Source: Macrostomum lignano
Lineage: Eukaryota
Direction of reading: 5' to 3'
Assembly: GCA_002269645.1 (NCBI GenBank)
Contig: NIVC01001747.1
Coordinates: forward strand, 151,489 to 215,488
Length of the DNA: 64,000 nt
In this document: piece by piece, positions 43,402 to 55,746 of the stretch
Layout: every line of letters starts with the position of its first letter
Numbering within the stretch: position 1 is the stretch's first letter
Translations under genes and position numbers: made by a program
The notes under the pieces: model-generated
The model's database searches: none
Told to the model about the DNA's origin: nothing
What the model saw: the letters and a program-made list of their open reading frames with translations, nothing else

Positions 43402-43784
43402 CCAGCAGACAGGTTGTAAAAGTAAGGATTCATATAGTAGTTGAGATAGTAGGGGTCCACAGTGCTCATCTTGGGCCTGCCGTTCTCCCTAGCGGGCTGA
43501 CCGCGCACAGTGTTGAACCACTTGATGTCCTCGTAGAGAACCACATTGGTGACCTTGTTCAGAAGGCGATGATAGCGATCGCTCTGTTGAATAGTTTTCC
43601 AAGCCAGGTTGTAGGCTGGCACCAGAGTGGGAGCGCTCAGGTAGTAAGCGGTGGACCGGGGCACAACCAGGTACACGCTCAGGTGCCTGGTGCAGTCCAT
43701 GGCTTCGGCTGCTTCAGTCAGCAGCTGTTGCGTTGGAAACAACGGTAGTGAGAGTGCTACTAGAAGCAGTGACAGTTTCTGCAT
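43402..43784 (-). CDS. cassette A exon 1: signal peptide and N-terminus of an ANF-receptor-family ectodomain
   Basis: ATG at 43784; signal peptide KLSLLLVALSLPLF; VYLVVP...VPAYNLA matches the VxVxLP...xPAxxLA start of NPR-type ectodomains; donor GCTGG/GTGAGA (phase 2) joins in frame to the exon at 32875. Confidence 0.75.
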
Positions 43785-43877
43785 GACTTCTGTTTTACAA
43801 ATTTCATAAGGGAATAAGCATTAGTGGAATGCGTATTGGGAAGCCATCGTTTAAATGTCTGAATGCAGTCTTGGTGT

Positions 43878-43960
43878 GAGGAGAGGAGAGCGTTGGAGTT
43901 CAGTGGCCAATGAGAAAAGCTGCAGCACGGGGGTAGCAGATCCAGTTTGCTGATTGGCCA
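43878..43960 (-). promoter_or_regulatory. putative proximal promoter of cassette A (GA tract plus two CCAAT boxes)
   Basis: CCAAT at 43907 and CTGATTGG at 43950-43957, ~166 bp upstream of the ATG. Confidence 0.4.
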
Positions 43961-43974
43961 CAGAAATGATATCA

Positions 43975-44545
43975 GAATGAACCAGATGAGATCATAGAAA
44001 CTGACACGAGATCATAGTGACCTAGATGAGATCATAGAAACTGACACAAGATCATAGTGACCTAGATGAGATCATAGAAACTGACACGAGGTCATTTAGT
44101 GACCCAGATGAGATCATAGAAACTGACACGAGGTCATAGCGACCCGGATGAGATCATAGAAACTGACACGAGATCATAGTGACCCAGATGAGATCGTAGA
44201 AACTGACACGAGATCATAGTGACCCAGATGAGATCATAGAAACTGACACGAGGTCATAGTGACCCGGATGAGATCATTAGAAACTGACACGAGATCATAG
44301 TGACCTAGATGAGATCATAGAGACTGACACGAGATCATAGTGACCCAGATGAGATCATAAACTGGCACGAGATAATAGTGACCCAAATGAGATCATAGAC
44401 TCACAGGAGATCAGAATGACCCAAATGAGATCATAGACTCACATGAGATCAGAATGACCCAAATGAGATCATAGACTCACAGGAGATCAGAATGAGCCAA
44501 ATGAGATCATAGACTCACATGAGATCAGAATGAGCCAAATGAGAT
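43975..44545. repeat. ~40-bp minisatellite (GATGAGATCATAGAAACTGACACGAGATCATAGTGACCCA)n grading into a related unit
   Basis: Direct reading. Confidence 0.92.
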
Positions 44546-45089
44546 CTCATCTCACTCGCATCTCCATCCTCTTGCCCTAAGGAGTAACCTACATGCATAG
44601 GAAACCCAATTTCCCTTCATTTCTTAGACTGCACTCAGTGGGCACTATAATTTCCCATAAATTTATGCCAGTCTGCTAGCTAAGACTGCGTAATAGCAGA
44701 AGAATATGCGCACCAATGTATCATAATGGCAGTCTTATTACTTACTGGCTTAAGACTCGCAGAGGCGCACAAAAGCCGTGATGAATTGCAATCGCCCAGA
44801 AAGGCAGTCAACAATATGCTACTGATGAAGAGATTTATTCACCAATTTCAATCGGTCCGAACGCGGCGAAACGCTTTCCGAAATTAAGACATTTACGTGA
44901 CTTGCTGGCAGCTCAAGTGAGCGATATCTCAGATTAGATTGAATGCAGAATCGAAGGACTCTTGAATTCAGACTTTCAGCTTCTTTCATCTTATAGAGAG
45001 GCAAGTTTTTTGCACAAAATAGATTGATTTTTATATAGTGCTGCTACTCCCACACATTGGTCCTTCATCTTAGCATTCTTCTCCCAAAA

Positions 45090-45710
45090 TGTGTCCTTTA
45101 TCCCTTTCATCCCAGTCTCCAAACCGCGTCCTTCATCTTTTTCATCCCAGTCTCCTAACTGTGTCCTTCGTCCCAGTCTCCCAACTTTGTCCTTCATCCC
45201 AGTCTCCCAACTGTGTCCTTCATCCCAGTTTCCTAACTTTGTCCTTCATCCCAGTCTCCGAACTTTGTCCTTCATCCCAGTCTCTGAACTTTGTCCTTCA
45301 CCCCAGTCTCCCAACTGTGTTTTTCATCCCAGTCTCCGAACTTTGTCCTTCATCCCAGTCTCCGAACTTTGTTTTTCATCCCAGTCTCCGAGCTTTGTCT
45401 TTTATCCCAGTCTCCGAACTTTGTCCTTCATCCCAGTCTCCCAACTGTGTTTTTCATCCCAGTCTCCGAACTTTGTCCTTCATCCCAGTCTCCCAACTGT
45501 GTTTTTCATCCCAGTCTCCCAACTGTGTCCTTCATCTCCTTCATCCTAGTCTCTCAACTGTGTCCTTTATCTCCTTCATCCCAGTCTCCCAACTGTGTTT
45601 TTCATCCCAGTCTCCGAACTTTGTCCTTCATCCCAGTCTCCCAACTGTGTCCTTCATCTCCTTCATCCTAGTCTCTCAACTGTGTCCTTTATCTCCTTCA
45701 TTCCAGTCTC
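45090..45710. repeat. 26-bp minisatellite (CATCCCAGTCTCCCAACTGTGTCCTT)n, array 1
   Basis: Direct reading. Confidence 0.94.
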
Positions 45711-46689
45711 TCAAAAACGCCCTTCATCAACTAAAAACGAAGCGGAGTTATTAAAGACAATAAACTGCATTTTACACGGGCAAGTGACAGCTAATAAATA
45801 AAACAATTCAACAACAAATTAGTCGTGTTTGAACCAATTTATTCAACGAGAGATGAGTAGAAATATATAGTTTATTATCAAATTTACAATAATTATAAAG
45901 TTTCACATCATAACTTAGGCTTTATTAAACTAATTTTAGCTTGCATATATCCAACAAATCAATCTGTCTGCAATCAAGCCAGTCTAAATTATTTGATTGA
46001 TAGATCAATTTATATTATGCGGATACAATAGCATGAAATAGTATAGATACTACTATTGATCACAAGCTAGTCAGTAGCAATTAGCGGATAGATGCAGCCA
46101 AGTATATATATGTATAAACTTATATCATAATCAGATTTGAAAATTTCGACAAGAAAAACTATGAATAAAGAACACACGGAGACAAAAAATGTTTTTTTGT
46201 TATAACTGAATCATATATATAATAATTCTTTTAAAATTCTGTACAACACAGAAGAGATGACGAACAAAAGAAAAGAGAAGAAATTATGCATGTTTTTGAG
46301 AGTCCAAAAAATATAGAATATTGACAGTTTTCCAATTTTTATTCCTAATCAAAACGGTAGGTAGCAACAGATACGGCTAGCTAGACAGGGCTATTCAATC
46401 GGCAGTTCAAATCTCTGGATAAATATTTATATTACAGACTTAAGATTAAGAAAAAAATCAACATCGCATAATCGACTTTTAATCTGTGATTTTTCTTCTT
46501 TTGCTTATTAAATACGCAATCGGGTAACAATGCATGCAACAGAAACGGCTTGTGCAATACAATATTGGGCACTGTTCTGCTTTGCTAGCAAGGGGGTGGG
46601 AAGTTGATTTACTTGCAGATTATTTAATAAATTAAAAATGTTCACGGTTCTGCTTTGGATAAGCTTAGGGGTGACCGTGAAGGGAGCTC

Positions 46690-47160
46690 AGTCTCCCAGC
46701 TGTGTCCTTCATCCCAGTCTCCCAGCTGTGTCCTTCATCCCAGTCTCCAAATTGTGTCCTTCATCCCAGTCTCCTAATTGTGTCCTTCATCCCAGTCTCC
46801 CAGCTGTGTCCTTCATCCCAGTCTCCCAACTGTGTCCTTCATCCCAGTCTCCTAATTGTGTCCTTCATCCCAGTCTCCCAGCTGTGTCCTTCATCCCAGT
46901 CTCCTAATTGTGTCCTTCATCCCAGTCTCCTAATTGTGTCCTTCATCCCAGTCTCCCAGCTGTGTCCTTCATCCCAGTCTCCCAGCTGTGTCCTTCATCC
47001 CAGTCTCCCAGCTGTGTCCTTCATCCCAGTCTCCCAACTGTGTCCTTCATCCCAGTCTCCTAATTGTGTCCTTCACCCCAGTCTCCCAGCTGTGTCCTTC
47101 ATCCCAGTCTCCTAACCGTGTCCTTCATCTCCTTCATCCCAGTCTCCCAACTGTGTCCCT
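46690..47160. repeat. 26-bp minisatellite (CATCCCAGTCTCCCAGCTGTGTCCTT)n, array 2, same family and orientation
   Basis: Direct reading. Confidence 0.94.
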
Positions 47161-47218
47161 GAAGCGATCATGGAGGGGGGATTGAGAGGCGGATTAAGAA
47201 ATGAAGTTAGCTAGAATA

Positions 47219-47224
47219 TTTATT
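47219..47224 (-). terminator. candidate polyadenylation signal of Rab5
   Basis: AATAAA on the minus strand ~255 bp downstream of the Rab5 stop, just before the satellite. Confidence 0.45.
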
Positions 47225-47478
47225 GAGAGGTTTTAGAGACAATTTAAATAGTTTTTTCTAAAAATAACAATAATTATTAATCCCCATACTGAAAATTGAC
47301 TCCAAGCGGTTAAAAACAGTAGCAACAGTAGTTAAGAACAGAACATTACAGCATGTTAATATAATATATAATAAATATGTTCGTAAAAATGAAAGAGAAA
47401 CACATGCTTACTACTATGTTAAATATTTCATAACAGGCTCGGGTGCGCCCCAGATCAGCTGGGCTTACAGACAGAGGC

Positions 47479-47910
47479 TCACTTGCAGCAGCCGCCGCCT
47501 CTGGAGCCAGCCTCGCCTCCGGCTGCCGCACCGCCGCCTTGCAGCCGCTGGCCGCCGCCGCCGCCAGCACCGCCGGCTCCCATGCCGACATCGCCAAGCT
47601 GAGTGAGCCGCTTAGCAACAGACAAGAACAAATCGTTAACATTCATAGCAGTCTTGGCGCTGGCCTCCATAAAGATCAAGCCTTTGTCGTCTGCAAACTG
47701 CTGGGCCTCATTGAGGTCAACCAGCCGCTGCTGCTGCAAGTCCACCTTGTTGCCAGCCAGAGCCACAACTTTCACCGCGGTGGCTTTCTCGTTCAGTTCG
47801 CGTATCCACGATTTGGCCCGCTGGAAGCTGTCAGCGCTGGTGATGTCGTACACTACAATGGCCGCCTGGGCGCCGCGGTAGTACATTGGCGCCAGAGAGT
47901 TGTAGCGCTC
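47479..47910 (-). CDS. RAB5: Rab5 GTPase, last coding exon
   Basis: Acceptor CCATCAG at 47911; [28 protein letters not shown] (G4), EASAKTA (G5), C-terminal CCK prenylation motif. Confidence 0.96.
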   Translation of the reverse strand, partial: ERYNSLAPMYYRGAQAAIVVYDITSADSFQRAKSWIRELNEKATAVKVVALAGNKVDLQQQRLVDLNEAQQFADDKGLIFMEASAKTAMNVNDLFLSVAKRLTQLGDVGMGAGGAGGGGGQRLQGGGAAAGGEAGSRGGGCCK

Positions 47911-48614
47911 CTGATGGCGTGGTGTGAGAAAGATAATACCTTAATCAGCTGATATTACCTTTGAAATACCCTGTGAACCCGATGAGAATGGTACATAGGG
48001 CTAAGAAGCGCAGGTAACACAGGTGAAACAGGAAAGAAGGGACACTAATACGACTCAAAAATGACGAGATGTCCCGATGCACTACCAATTTGATTTGGAA
48101 ACCGCATTGATTTGAATTGGTTGTGTGCACCCTGGCGCAGTTTAAGCAAAATTGACACACACAACCGACGAGAGGCATTACTGCCCATTCCGTCGACTCC
48201 CCTGAGCAGTCATACACACAGGCACACACTCAAACAGGAGTGTAACAGCGGCCCTAACTTTATTTATCATTAGGTATGTACACTTCACTGTGCCTTGGGT
48301 ATAGGCCCTCTAAATAGCTTTACAATGACACGCGCAGAGCCAAGCCCAGATTCCAATTTAGCCACGACAAAAAAGGCTGAAGGACCATGGTTGGAACTTG
48401 TTTGCTGCCCAAAAGCCTCATTCTGGAAATACTACGGGGTAGATTAAGGTTTATTTGAGGATAAGAAGCTACACTACAGATCCCAGATTGTAAGGAGTTT
48501 AAAGCTCATTTAATGACAGACCAGTCAAGATGACAGTCCTCATCACAAGACTAAAATAGACTTCAGTAGCATAAAAAGAACACAATGCACTTTTAAATAA
48601 ATAATTCAACTAAC

Positions 48615-48815
48615 CTGACCGGCAGTGTCCCAGATTTCAAATTTAACTGTAACATCGTCCACAACCACAGTCTGGGTTAGAAAAGCTGCACCAATGGTGG
48701 ACTCCTGGTATTCGTGAAACTGGCCCTTAACAAATCGCAGCACTAAAGACGATTTGCCAACAGCAGACTCGCCAAGCAGGACAAGCTTAAACTGGCATTG
48801 TCGGCCTGTCTGCAT
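48615..48815 (-). CDS. RAB5: Rab5 GTPase, first coding exon
   Basis: [48 protein letters not shown]...WDTAGQ; donor CAG/GTTAGT (phase 0); spliced product 210 aa; likely upstream acceptor TACTTAG at 48862. Confidence 0.96.
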
Positions 48816-50185
48816 CTTGTGTTCTTTTAATCTTTGTTTATTTTTAAAAGAGCTCTCCAATCTAAGTAATGCTGGGATTGGTTACAAGAAATTCTACACT
48901 GATAGTTGATTATGTAGTGCCCTTAAATATTGATGAAATTATTGCATGCAACAGAGATAGAAAAGTAATGTATATTGTCAAAGTGAGAATATGTTGATAA
49001 ATATTAAAGTATATAACAATGCTGATTATAGAAAATTTGGCATCTAACTGTTAGTATAAAAAATCTATTTTGCCTTTAAATAAAGAAAAAACCATCTTTT
49101 GTGGTTTAAACAATTTTTTTCAATTTTGCTCACTACAATTTAAACTATAAATTATGTTACTATATATAACATAAATGATGAATAGTGAACTCCAAACTAT
49201 TTTACTAAGAAATTAAAGCAGTCTATTCACTTTTTGTGGTTACTAAAACTCTAACAAGTTTCAAAGGGTCAAATTCCTATGAATTGACCTCTTTACACTA
49301 TCAAGCTCAACTGGACTATGCTAGTTCTTGATTAAAATATGTATAAATACAAGCACTCTAAGAGCCAAAAACCTCAGACTTGGAGTGGTCACAAAGAGAT
49401 TGGAAAAGAAAAGAGAGACTGGATTAATTTGGACTAACTGGATTGGACTAATTCTAATACTAGATAGGGGCACACAACTTTGATTTAGCTTGTAGGTATT
49501 CCTAGAAGATGCCTTTTCTAGAGGACCTGATTGCAAGTTTGGTAATATCAAGGTACATCAATGCTTGACTTTGGAGTTTGAGGAATAAAATAAAGCTTAG
49601 ACAAATGAAACTCTTGAACACAAAAGTTGCTCTTATGCTTGGCTAATTTCAGACCTGGAGAATAGACCTATGCATATAGACAAGCAATAATAAGGTCTCT
49701 CTCTTTCTTATTTTACAAATATTACTTTAGATTAGTTTTATTTATTTGTGCTAAAAATGAAAACTTACTATTTCCATAATATGTTTTTTAAAAAGCCTTG
49801 AAAAATAAAAAAAACATTTCCCAGTTTTTGATACTTGACTTGAGAAGTCATTGGTCCATTAATGTATATGCATATATAATGCCAATATAATTGTTATAAC
49901 CATTGCCCTTATGAATATTGTCCTTTTGATCCATCATCTTTTTAATTGGTTCTTATGACTGATCTTTCTATGTATATGCCAGAATTTTCTAGCATATATA
50001 TGCACTATAAAGGTTGTTTCGAAAGTTTGCAATCAAACATGTATATCTTTTTGGAGTTACTACTTTGTCTTGAAACTTTATACCATGGACAAATATTATA
50101 CCCCAAATGTTTTAAAGCAACAGTGCTTTTGTTTAAGCCAGGTATTTCCTTTTTGCAATGTTTTTAGTTATACACTTTTTTCACC

Positions 50186-51210
50186 ATGCTGAATAACAAA
50201 GAAGCAAAGAAGTTTTTGTGGAAGCAAAAGAAGCAATAAGCAGAAATTCTTCGCAAAGTGCAAGCAATAAATAGTGAATATGCACTATCAAAAACCATGG
50301 TCAGCAAATGGGTGCAGCACTTTAAAGATGAGTAGGAGATAGTGATGACCTTCCATGGAGCAGCTAGCCTGCCACCATGGTCAATAGGTCAAACATTGAG
50401 TGTATAAATCATGCTCTGGATGTTGATTGCCATACCACAGTACAAGAGTTTTCAACCATTACTAAGTATCTCATCAATGACCATTCACCCAATCCTAACA
50501 ATTGAGCTTGGTATATTGCGCATTGTTGCTTGTTGGGTCCCAAAACTTCTGACTAAACAATAACAACGAGAGTGGGTCTAGGTGTTTTAGTAGCTCTTTT
50601 AGTCAAATTGTAGTGATCCCAACTTTTTGAATAGAATTATGTTTAGGGATGAATCCTGGTTCTATTATAGTGAGCCAAAAAGTATGATGTAGAATAGACT
50701 TATGTGGAAGGCTAGCCATGAGCCTATACTTGTCAAGACCTTGACTGCACTTTCAGCTAGCTAGCAAACAAATAGCCACTATCTTCTAGGACAAAGAGGG
50801 CATTTTACTTATCAAGTGGCTTCCCTATAGTGCCATAATCAATAATGAATACTATAGGCCTATCCAAGTCCTATAGAAGTTGCATAATGCTGCTTTAGAC
50901 ATAGGCTTCCAAGTGCTACCAAACCCACCCTACTTACTAGACCTTGCATTTAGTGACTTGGTTATTTGGGAAAATGAAAAAAACATATCCAAATTTGCCA
51001 ATATAGCTTTCTATAGATCCTGGCATTGACTATTAGCCAGGGTAATAGTCTACTTTAGTAATAGCCACTTTGGTAACAAGTGAGAATAACAATATATAGT
51101 GATTGATATGCTCCAAAAATGTGCAAAAAAACTTAAAGGAAATGAAGACAAAAAATTATTGAGATGCATTCTTGCACACTTCAAGAGATTTTGATTGATA
51201 TAGAAAACTA
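50186..51210 (+). mobile_element. decayed mariner (DD34D) transposase
   Basis: Remnant motifs AEILRKV..LSKTMVSKWVQHFKD, WVPKLLT, FLNRIMFRDESWFYY, ATIFxDKEGILL and PNPPYLLDLAFSD (HPPYSPDLAPSD); many stops and frameshifts. Confidence 0.9.
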
Positions 51211-51959
51211 TTTATTTGCTTTAACATTTTTTTAATTATTGGGTTTATTAGATGTAGACACTAATAAACATCTTGTAATTGTCATAGTTTGGAAGGCAAC
51301 ATATATGCCAGGATTTCTTAGCATATAACAAGGGCCTTATTATTTTTCAGCATATATCAAGGTATCCTAGTATACATAACATAGTAGATACATTGTGTCT
51401 AAGGACAAAATTTTTGTATTGGTACACAAATCTAACATGCACTAATATACAATCTGAACTATGATATAACTGATCAAATATTTTATACATTAGAATCTAA
51501 GTTAGCAACTTAAAATGACAAAATCTACTTTTTTCTACTATAACTACTTACAAAATTTTAATTTTCAATATGCATTTGATTAGGGGCCTAATTTTCTTTG
51601 CCTTCAATTTTTTTACAAAGTTAGGTTAGATGTATAAGTTGAAATAAATAATACAGTTTAACTAGAAAATTAAACCATGGGTAACAATAAAATATTTAAG
51701 ATGCTAATAAATAAAATAATTTAAATTATTGCTAAAGTTGATTACTAAAAAGATATACTAATAGTGTTGACAGTTACACTTATTTCTAAGCTAATGGGTT
51801 TAAGGCCAAGGGGTCACCTACCAATTTTTATGTTGCTAACATTGAGAGGTTGCCTAAAAGATGACATAAACACATAAGTCTCAAAGATAGGGCCTACCTA
51901 TATTAAGAAGTAGAATAATAGATAAAGTAGGGCCTAATATTTAACATTTGTTTATCTAG

Positions 51960-53935
51960 TAATTGGTTGTTTTGCCTATAAACCATTTTGGCCGTGGACA
52001 TTTTACCCCCAGACCATTTCACTCACAGACTATTTTGCCCACAGACTGTTTTGGCCATGGACCATTTTGCCTCCAATTTGGACCAGGGTTGAAATGAACA
52101 AAGTCATGAGCTGAGAGTAATTTTGCCGCAAAGTTATGTCACTTTTGTGCCTGCCGCATCATGCCATTCCAATGGCCTTTTCTAATCTGCTATGTAGAGC
52201 TGCCACCAGCCAAGAATCGTAGCATTGAATATCCTACATCTAGGAAACATGGATTAGGAGCTTAATGTGGCCACCGGCATCATGGTCATCTTACTGCCAG
52301 CTGTATAGGACAAACAACAATGCTGAAGGTTGGCACAACCATCTGAACTGAAAGGCCACTTGCGGTTTTCTTAAGTTTTACTACCTCTTGCTACTAATCA
52401 ACAGTGAGTATCAGCAAATTCCACTTATAGCTAGGCTTTTCATAGAAGGAAAGGTGCTTTGTCTAAGGAGATGGACATATTGAAGACAGCAAGAGCAGCT
52501 GGAAAAACTCTGGGATGAGCTGGCTGGACTCCACTGGTATCACAAGTTCCTCGGTCTCAACATTTCTGTCCAGCACTCTACCCTTACTTTTGCTAAGTAA
52601 CTTGATCAGGGTTTTACACTTTGTGCTTTGATTGAAATGACTAATTTTATACAGCATTTTAACTTTTATACTTTATCATATTAGAGCTCGAACGGGAGCA
52701 GAATTTTCGGGATCGGGCGGGATTGGGATTGAAAATAATTTCGGGATCGGGATTCGGGATTAGTATTTGGGATTTGGGAATCCGGGATCTGGGAATATAT
52801 TACTTACTAACTAATGAATCAAGGATTCAAAGATAGTTTTATCTGACTATCTATGCTATTCAGCCTTGATGGTTAATCTAATAGCTCTAGCCTAATGCCC
52901 TAATAGTCAATACTAATTGTCAATTCTTGATCCAGACCCTTTTTGCAAAGTATAGTTAACTTTCGAGTGCCTAAATAAAAAGGAATCAAGAGCCATTGTA
53001 GACTTTTTCTGAAAGTAAGAGTTACAAGGTGGCTAAAAATTGCACGAAAGGCACGAAAGGCGAATATTGAATTGCGTTAGTTATACTGCTTTTTTCTTGT
53101 AAAATTCTGTTTCTGGAATCGCTTCATGAAAAATGTATTAAACATTCGCCGACACTTATTCAGACACTTCTACAGACACTTTAGTTTCTGTCGTACGAAT
53201 CGTAGGAACAAGCATTAAATTTGTTTATTCCTAACAAACTATCATTACTTGTTAGTTCGTTATTTACAAGTACAACTCTTTACAAATCTGTTACTAAGTA
53301 AAAATCTGCTGCTTTATTTGGTGAATTCAAGGTCAGACTTTCAACATATTTATAGTTGCTGTTACAAAAATTAGCTTAGTATTGATTACTGCTCTTGATT
53401 GTTGAAAGCATCATCTTCATTATCAATCTATTGTGCTCCCGAATCCCAAGTTCTCTAAGCCTTCGGGATCCCGATCCCGAATTCCCGAAAAATCTTCGGG
53501 ATCCCAAGAATTCGAGATTGGGATCAGGATCCAGTTTGAGCTCTAATTATGTTTTTATGCTTTGTGCTTTAATTGACTGAAAAATCCTTTCTCACCCTCT
53601 AATTGTACAAATTGGTTTAAATAATTGACAGAATGACTTTAAAAAAACTTATAATTTAATTCACAATTGTAATAAACAAAATTGCAAAATTGCAATTGCA
53701 ATAAAACAATTGTTGTGGCAACAATTCAGATCATATTTTAATACAAATTAAAACTATAAATTAGTATTGAAAAAAGAAAATAAAGATATGGGGCCTACAT
53801 GTATAACTGTATCTCTAAAATACATAATCACCATTAGGCTAAAATGCCCATTACCAAACTGGTTTATAGGCAAAATGGTCTTGGGGCAAAATGTACATGG
53901 CCAAAATGGTTTGGGGGCAAAACAACTGGAATTCA
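51960..53935 (+). mobile_element. Mutator-like (MULE) element, internally deleted, with 9-bp TSD
   Basis: TTTATCTAG at 51951-51959 and 53936-53944; imperfect TIRs (AATT..GTTGTTTTGCC) with CCATTTTG subterminal repeats; transposase relic TWxxxxxWPPASWSSYCQLYRTNNNAEGWHNHLN at ~52240-52350. Confidence 0.88.
52681..53546. mobile_element. non-autonomous DNA transposon nested in the MULE
   Basis: TIRs TTAGAGCTCGAAC / GTTTGAGCTCTAA with CGGGAT(C/T) subterminal repeats, hAT-like; TSD not resolved. Confidence 0.7.
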
Positions 53936-54247
53936 TTTATCTAGGCGCCCTATTAGGCTTACACACAATTAATTGTAGACTTTTCATTTCAAACAACCTT
54001 TGTATCTAGAGTTTAGATTTAGTTAGGGCCTATCTGATGATTAGGCCTAAAAATAATAATAATAACTTTATATTAGGCCTAGTTGACATTTTGCCACTTT
54101 GTCTTTAATAGGCCTAGCCAAAAAATGCCTAATAGGCGTATAATAGTCAGACAGGCCTATTGAATGAAACTTAAAAGTATAGCTGGGTAGCCTACACCCC
54201 CCTAGTATTGCAATTGGCAATATTAAAACTATAGGCCTAGTAAATAC

Positions 54248-54350
54248 CTTTGAGCTGGCTCGGGTTTAAAAAACGTGGCTAAGACTAAGCATTTTCAGCT
54301 TTAGTTTCAGGGTGCTTTTGAGAATTAGCATCTCGGAAGATTGTTCGCCA
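54248..54350 (-). other. candidate non-coding first exon of Rab5
   Basis: Donor CAAAG/GTATTT at 54247 inside the CpG-retaining zone; the Rab5 coding exon has an acceptor upstream of its ATG; the 5' boundary is a guess. Confidence 0.35.
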
Positions 54351-54969
54351 ATTTTAAGCTTGGTCTAACTATAATTGTCAAACTAAACCGCGAATCAAAT
54401 TGGTTGATTTGAGATTCTTTCTAGAATCTAGCTAGGCCCCTAGGATTATGCATAATTCAAGGAACAAAACGAAAAGATAAAAATAAAAAACGTCAATTCA
54501 TATACTTGTGGTAGCAATTTTGGCTTCATCAAGCCATCTAGATAGTCTAATTTGATACTATTAAGTAATAATTGCAATAGGGGGCCTACTAAATTATGCT
54601 CCCAAAAAGGCACCTCAAAGGCGTTTAATTAAGAATTACACCGAAACCCTGCATGTTAAAAAATCGTTATTATAAACTTACATTAACAAAGAATACTAAA
54701 GTTAGTAAGTTTTTTAAATAAAAACACAAATATCTTTACTGCAATTTTAATTTTTTTTACTTTAAAATACTTTAATGCACTTTGAAATAAAAAAATTATT
54801 TGAGCTACCGTAAGTTTAAAACCATTTTTTCTTACAAATTCAGGACAATTTATACATTTTGGTGTTTAAAAAGAAAAAACTTAGTCGTTCAAGTTTGGAA
54901 ATCTGTCCCAATTAATCTGTAAAGCAGTAAATCGTGTTTTGTTCAATAGAATTTTCTATTACAATCACA
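54350..54969. promoter_or_regulatory. putative bidirectional promoter of Rab5 and UQCRC2
   Basis: Lies between the two divergent candidate first exons; CpG retained here but lost in both flanking introns. Confidence 0.45.
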
Positions 54970-55032
54970 ATGAATAGACTAATCAACTTTCGTTCTTGCG
55001 CGCGAAACATCGATGATGGAACTTTTTTTCTT
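54970..55032 (+). CDS. UQCRC2: UQCRC2 exon 1 (mitochondrial presequence), not in the ORF track
   Basis: MNRLINFRSCARNIDDGTFFL followed by consensus donor GTAAGT (phase 0); joins in frame to the acceptor at 58966 giving ...FFL-CRRLAQTD; the frame upstream of 58967 is closed by TAG at 58916. Confidence 0.65.
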
Positions 55033-55197
55033 GTAAGTTTTTACTCCTGTATTATTTATATAGTACCACCTTCTACTACTACTCGAATTTTGAACTAAAA
55101 TATTAGTTTGCGATTGATTTTAAACAGAAGTTTGTGGTTTGCAATTTTTCATATTTAGTTAATATATTTTTAGTATACAACATAGGCCTACTCCATA

Positions 55198-55746
55198 GTC
55201 AGGATCATGTCATGGTATACGCTGCCCCAGAATAAAAAGTCCCCTAAAAAATCTACGCCAATTCATACTGAAACGTATGCCAAGGTCCTATGAACGTACG
55301 CCAGGTTTTCTAGGCTTTGCGACAATAAATGACCTTTTTTGCATTTTTTAACAATTTTAACAATAAAAATTTAATGAATGTATGGTTTTCATTTAAAGTA
55401 AATTGGCTTACAGATAATGCCAACAAAAATCTTTTTTGTTGAAGTTTTTTTTAGAAAATTACACAATTAGTTTGCCTGGAATTTTAAATTTTTATAACTC
55501 GCAAATAGTTATGAACTTTCATCTTACAAGTTTTATGGTTTTTATGATTTTATAATAAGATTCTGAGGTTATGGCATTATGTGTGAAGGTTGGAGTTGGC
55601 ATATGCTGCTTGGCATATTTACGCCACCCCGTCACACCAAAAGGTACGCCAAATATATTTTGCTTCATTTTTTAAGCCAATATGCAAAAAAGTAAAATTT
55701 TCAATTGTACACCGGAAATTTCTGGCATAATGTATATCATCCTGAC
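55198..55746. mobile_element. MITE with TA target duplication
   Basis: TA-GTCAGGATCAT ... ATCATCCTGAC-TA; internal TACGCCA / TGGCATA motifs. Confidence 0.75.

Noticed and set aside
52463-52657. 64-aa minus-strand ORF
   Set aside because: Antisense shadow of the MULE transposase relic on the plus strand
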